Assembly: GCA_040218535.1 (NCBI GenBank)
Contig: JAVJRG010000008.1
Span: 206,320 to 230,319, forward strand
Origin: Lacipirellulaceae bacterium
GTDB taxonomy: Bacteria > Planctomycetota > Planctomycetia > Pirellulales > Lacipirellulaceae
DNA length: 24,000 nucleotides
Direction: 5' to 3'
Below are positions 23,273-24,000 of the stretch, piece after piece. Both the position numbers and the translations under genes were made by a program. Position 1 is the stretch's first letter. The number at the start of each line of letters is the position of its first letter. Under the pieces are notes generated by a model. That model was not told the origin of the DNA. It did no database searches and saw only the letters and a program-made list of their open reading frames with translations.

Positions 23273-24000
23273 ATGACTCGATTCTGCGCCCTCCTACCAT
23301 TCGTTCTGCTGGCACAACTTCTCCAACCGCTTGTCGGCTTCGCCGCGAGCGACACCGAGCGGCCCAACATCCTCTACATCATGTCAGACGATCACGCCGC
23401 CCACGCCATCGGTGCCTACGGTGGCCGGCTGTCGCAGCTCGACCCGACACCCAACATTGATCGCCTCGCCAAAGAAGGCGTTTTGCTACGAAACTGCTTC
23501 TGCACCAACTCGATCTGCGTGCCAAGCCGCGCGACGATCATGACAGGGCAGTATAGCCATACCAATGGCGTGAAGACGCTGAACTATGCCCTAGAACCAG
23601 CCCGCCAGACCCTCGCACATGAAATGAAAAAGGCTGGCTACGAGACGGCCATCATCGGTAAGTGGCACCTTAAGGCAGAGCCGGCAGCCTTTGACTACTA
23701 CTGCGTACAAGATGGTCAGGGTTCGTACTTCAACCCCGAGTTCCGCTACCCCGGTAAAAAACCGTGGCCGCAGAATACCTTCACTCCACGCAGCTATGAC
23801 GACGTTCACTCCTCTGACATCATCACGGACCAATCGCTGAAGTGGCTCAAGCGAAGGCAGAAGCAAAGAACCGGCAAACCCTTCTTCCTGATGCACCACT
23901 TCAAAGCGCCGCACGACAACTTCGCCAATGCGGAGCGTTACGACTGGCTGCACGAAGGCGTCGAAATCCCTGAGCCGTTAAGCTTATGGGAGCGTGGCAA
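23273..24000 (+). CDS. Formylglycine-dependent sulfatase (N-terminal part; continues beyond the window)
   Basis: My translation from the ATG at 23273 is MTRFCALLPFVLLAQLLQPLVGFAASDTERPNILYIMSDDHAAHAIGAYG...NCFCTNSICVPSRATIMTGQYSHTNG...AIIGKWHL. It shows a signal peptide, SDDH, the C-x-P-S-R-x-x-x-x-TG sulfatase signature and GKWHL. It is absent from the ORF track because no stop lies in the window. Confidence 0.92.
   Translation, partial: MTRFCALLPFVLLAQLLQPLVGFAASDTERPNILYIMSDDHAAHAIGAYGGRLSQLDPTPNIDRLAKEGVLLRNCFCTNSICVPSRATIMTGQYSHTNGVKTLNYALEPARQTLAHEMKKAGYETAIIGKWHLKAEPAAFDYYCVQDGQGSYFNPEFRYPGKKPWPQNTFTPRSYDDVHSSDIITDQSLKWLKRRQKQRTGKPFFLMHHFKAPHDNFANAERYDWLHEGVEIPEPLSLWERG

Noticed and set aside
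23591-23953. 120-aa minus-strand ORF near the window end
   Set aside because: It is antisense to the clearly supported sulfatase CDS and has no motifs.

Overview
This window looks like an ordinary chromosomal, mostly housekeeping region. It is probably from a Planctomycetota (Pirellulales-like) genome. That is an inference from the roughly 55-60% GC, a formylglycine-type sulfatase, a fused SecDF with acidic inserts, many membrane-anchored proteins of unknown function, and GGCAGT-type and CTAGCC(C)GCG-type intergenic repeats.

Gene order:
- xseA (-, partial)
- DUF374 acyltransferase (-), small acidic protein (-), AsmA-like 1049-aa protein (-), tilS (-)
- an 850-nt gap with no confident feature
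- rny (+), ymdB-like (+), DUF2752 (+), lipoprotein (+)
- LRR-like (-), 33-aa micro-ORF (-), vWA (-)
- alpha/beta-hydrolase-fold protein lacking the nucleophile Ser (+)
- LysM (-), secDF (-), yajC (-), tgt (-), TPR plus two RpoA-alphaCTD-like domains (-), tRNA-Thr(CGU) (-)
- sulfatase (+, partial)

I found no CRISPR array, transposase, integrase, phage gene or recognisable defence or toxin gene, and I could not identify a clear-cut novel system. The most unusual items are:
1. A stand-alone TPR protein with two tandem RNA polymerase alpha-CTD-like modules, just downstream of the tRNA.
2. An AsmA-like / small acidic / DUF374 acyltransferase gene string.
3. A block of seven consecutive envelope-targeted proteins of unknown function. 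It includes a vWA / micro-ORF / LRR-like trio in which the last gene has a local GC drop.
4. Nested GC-rich palindromic repeats bracketing tgt.
5. An 850-nt gap between tilS and rny.

All family assignments come from reading the translations by eye. No database search was run.
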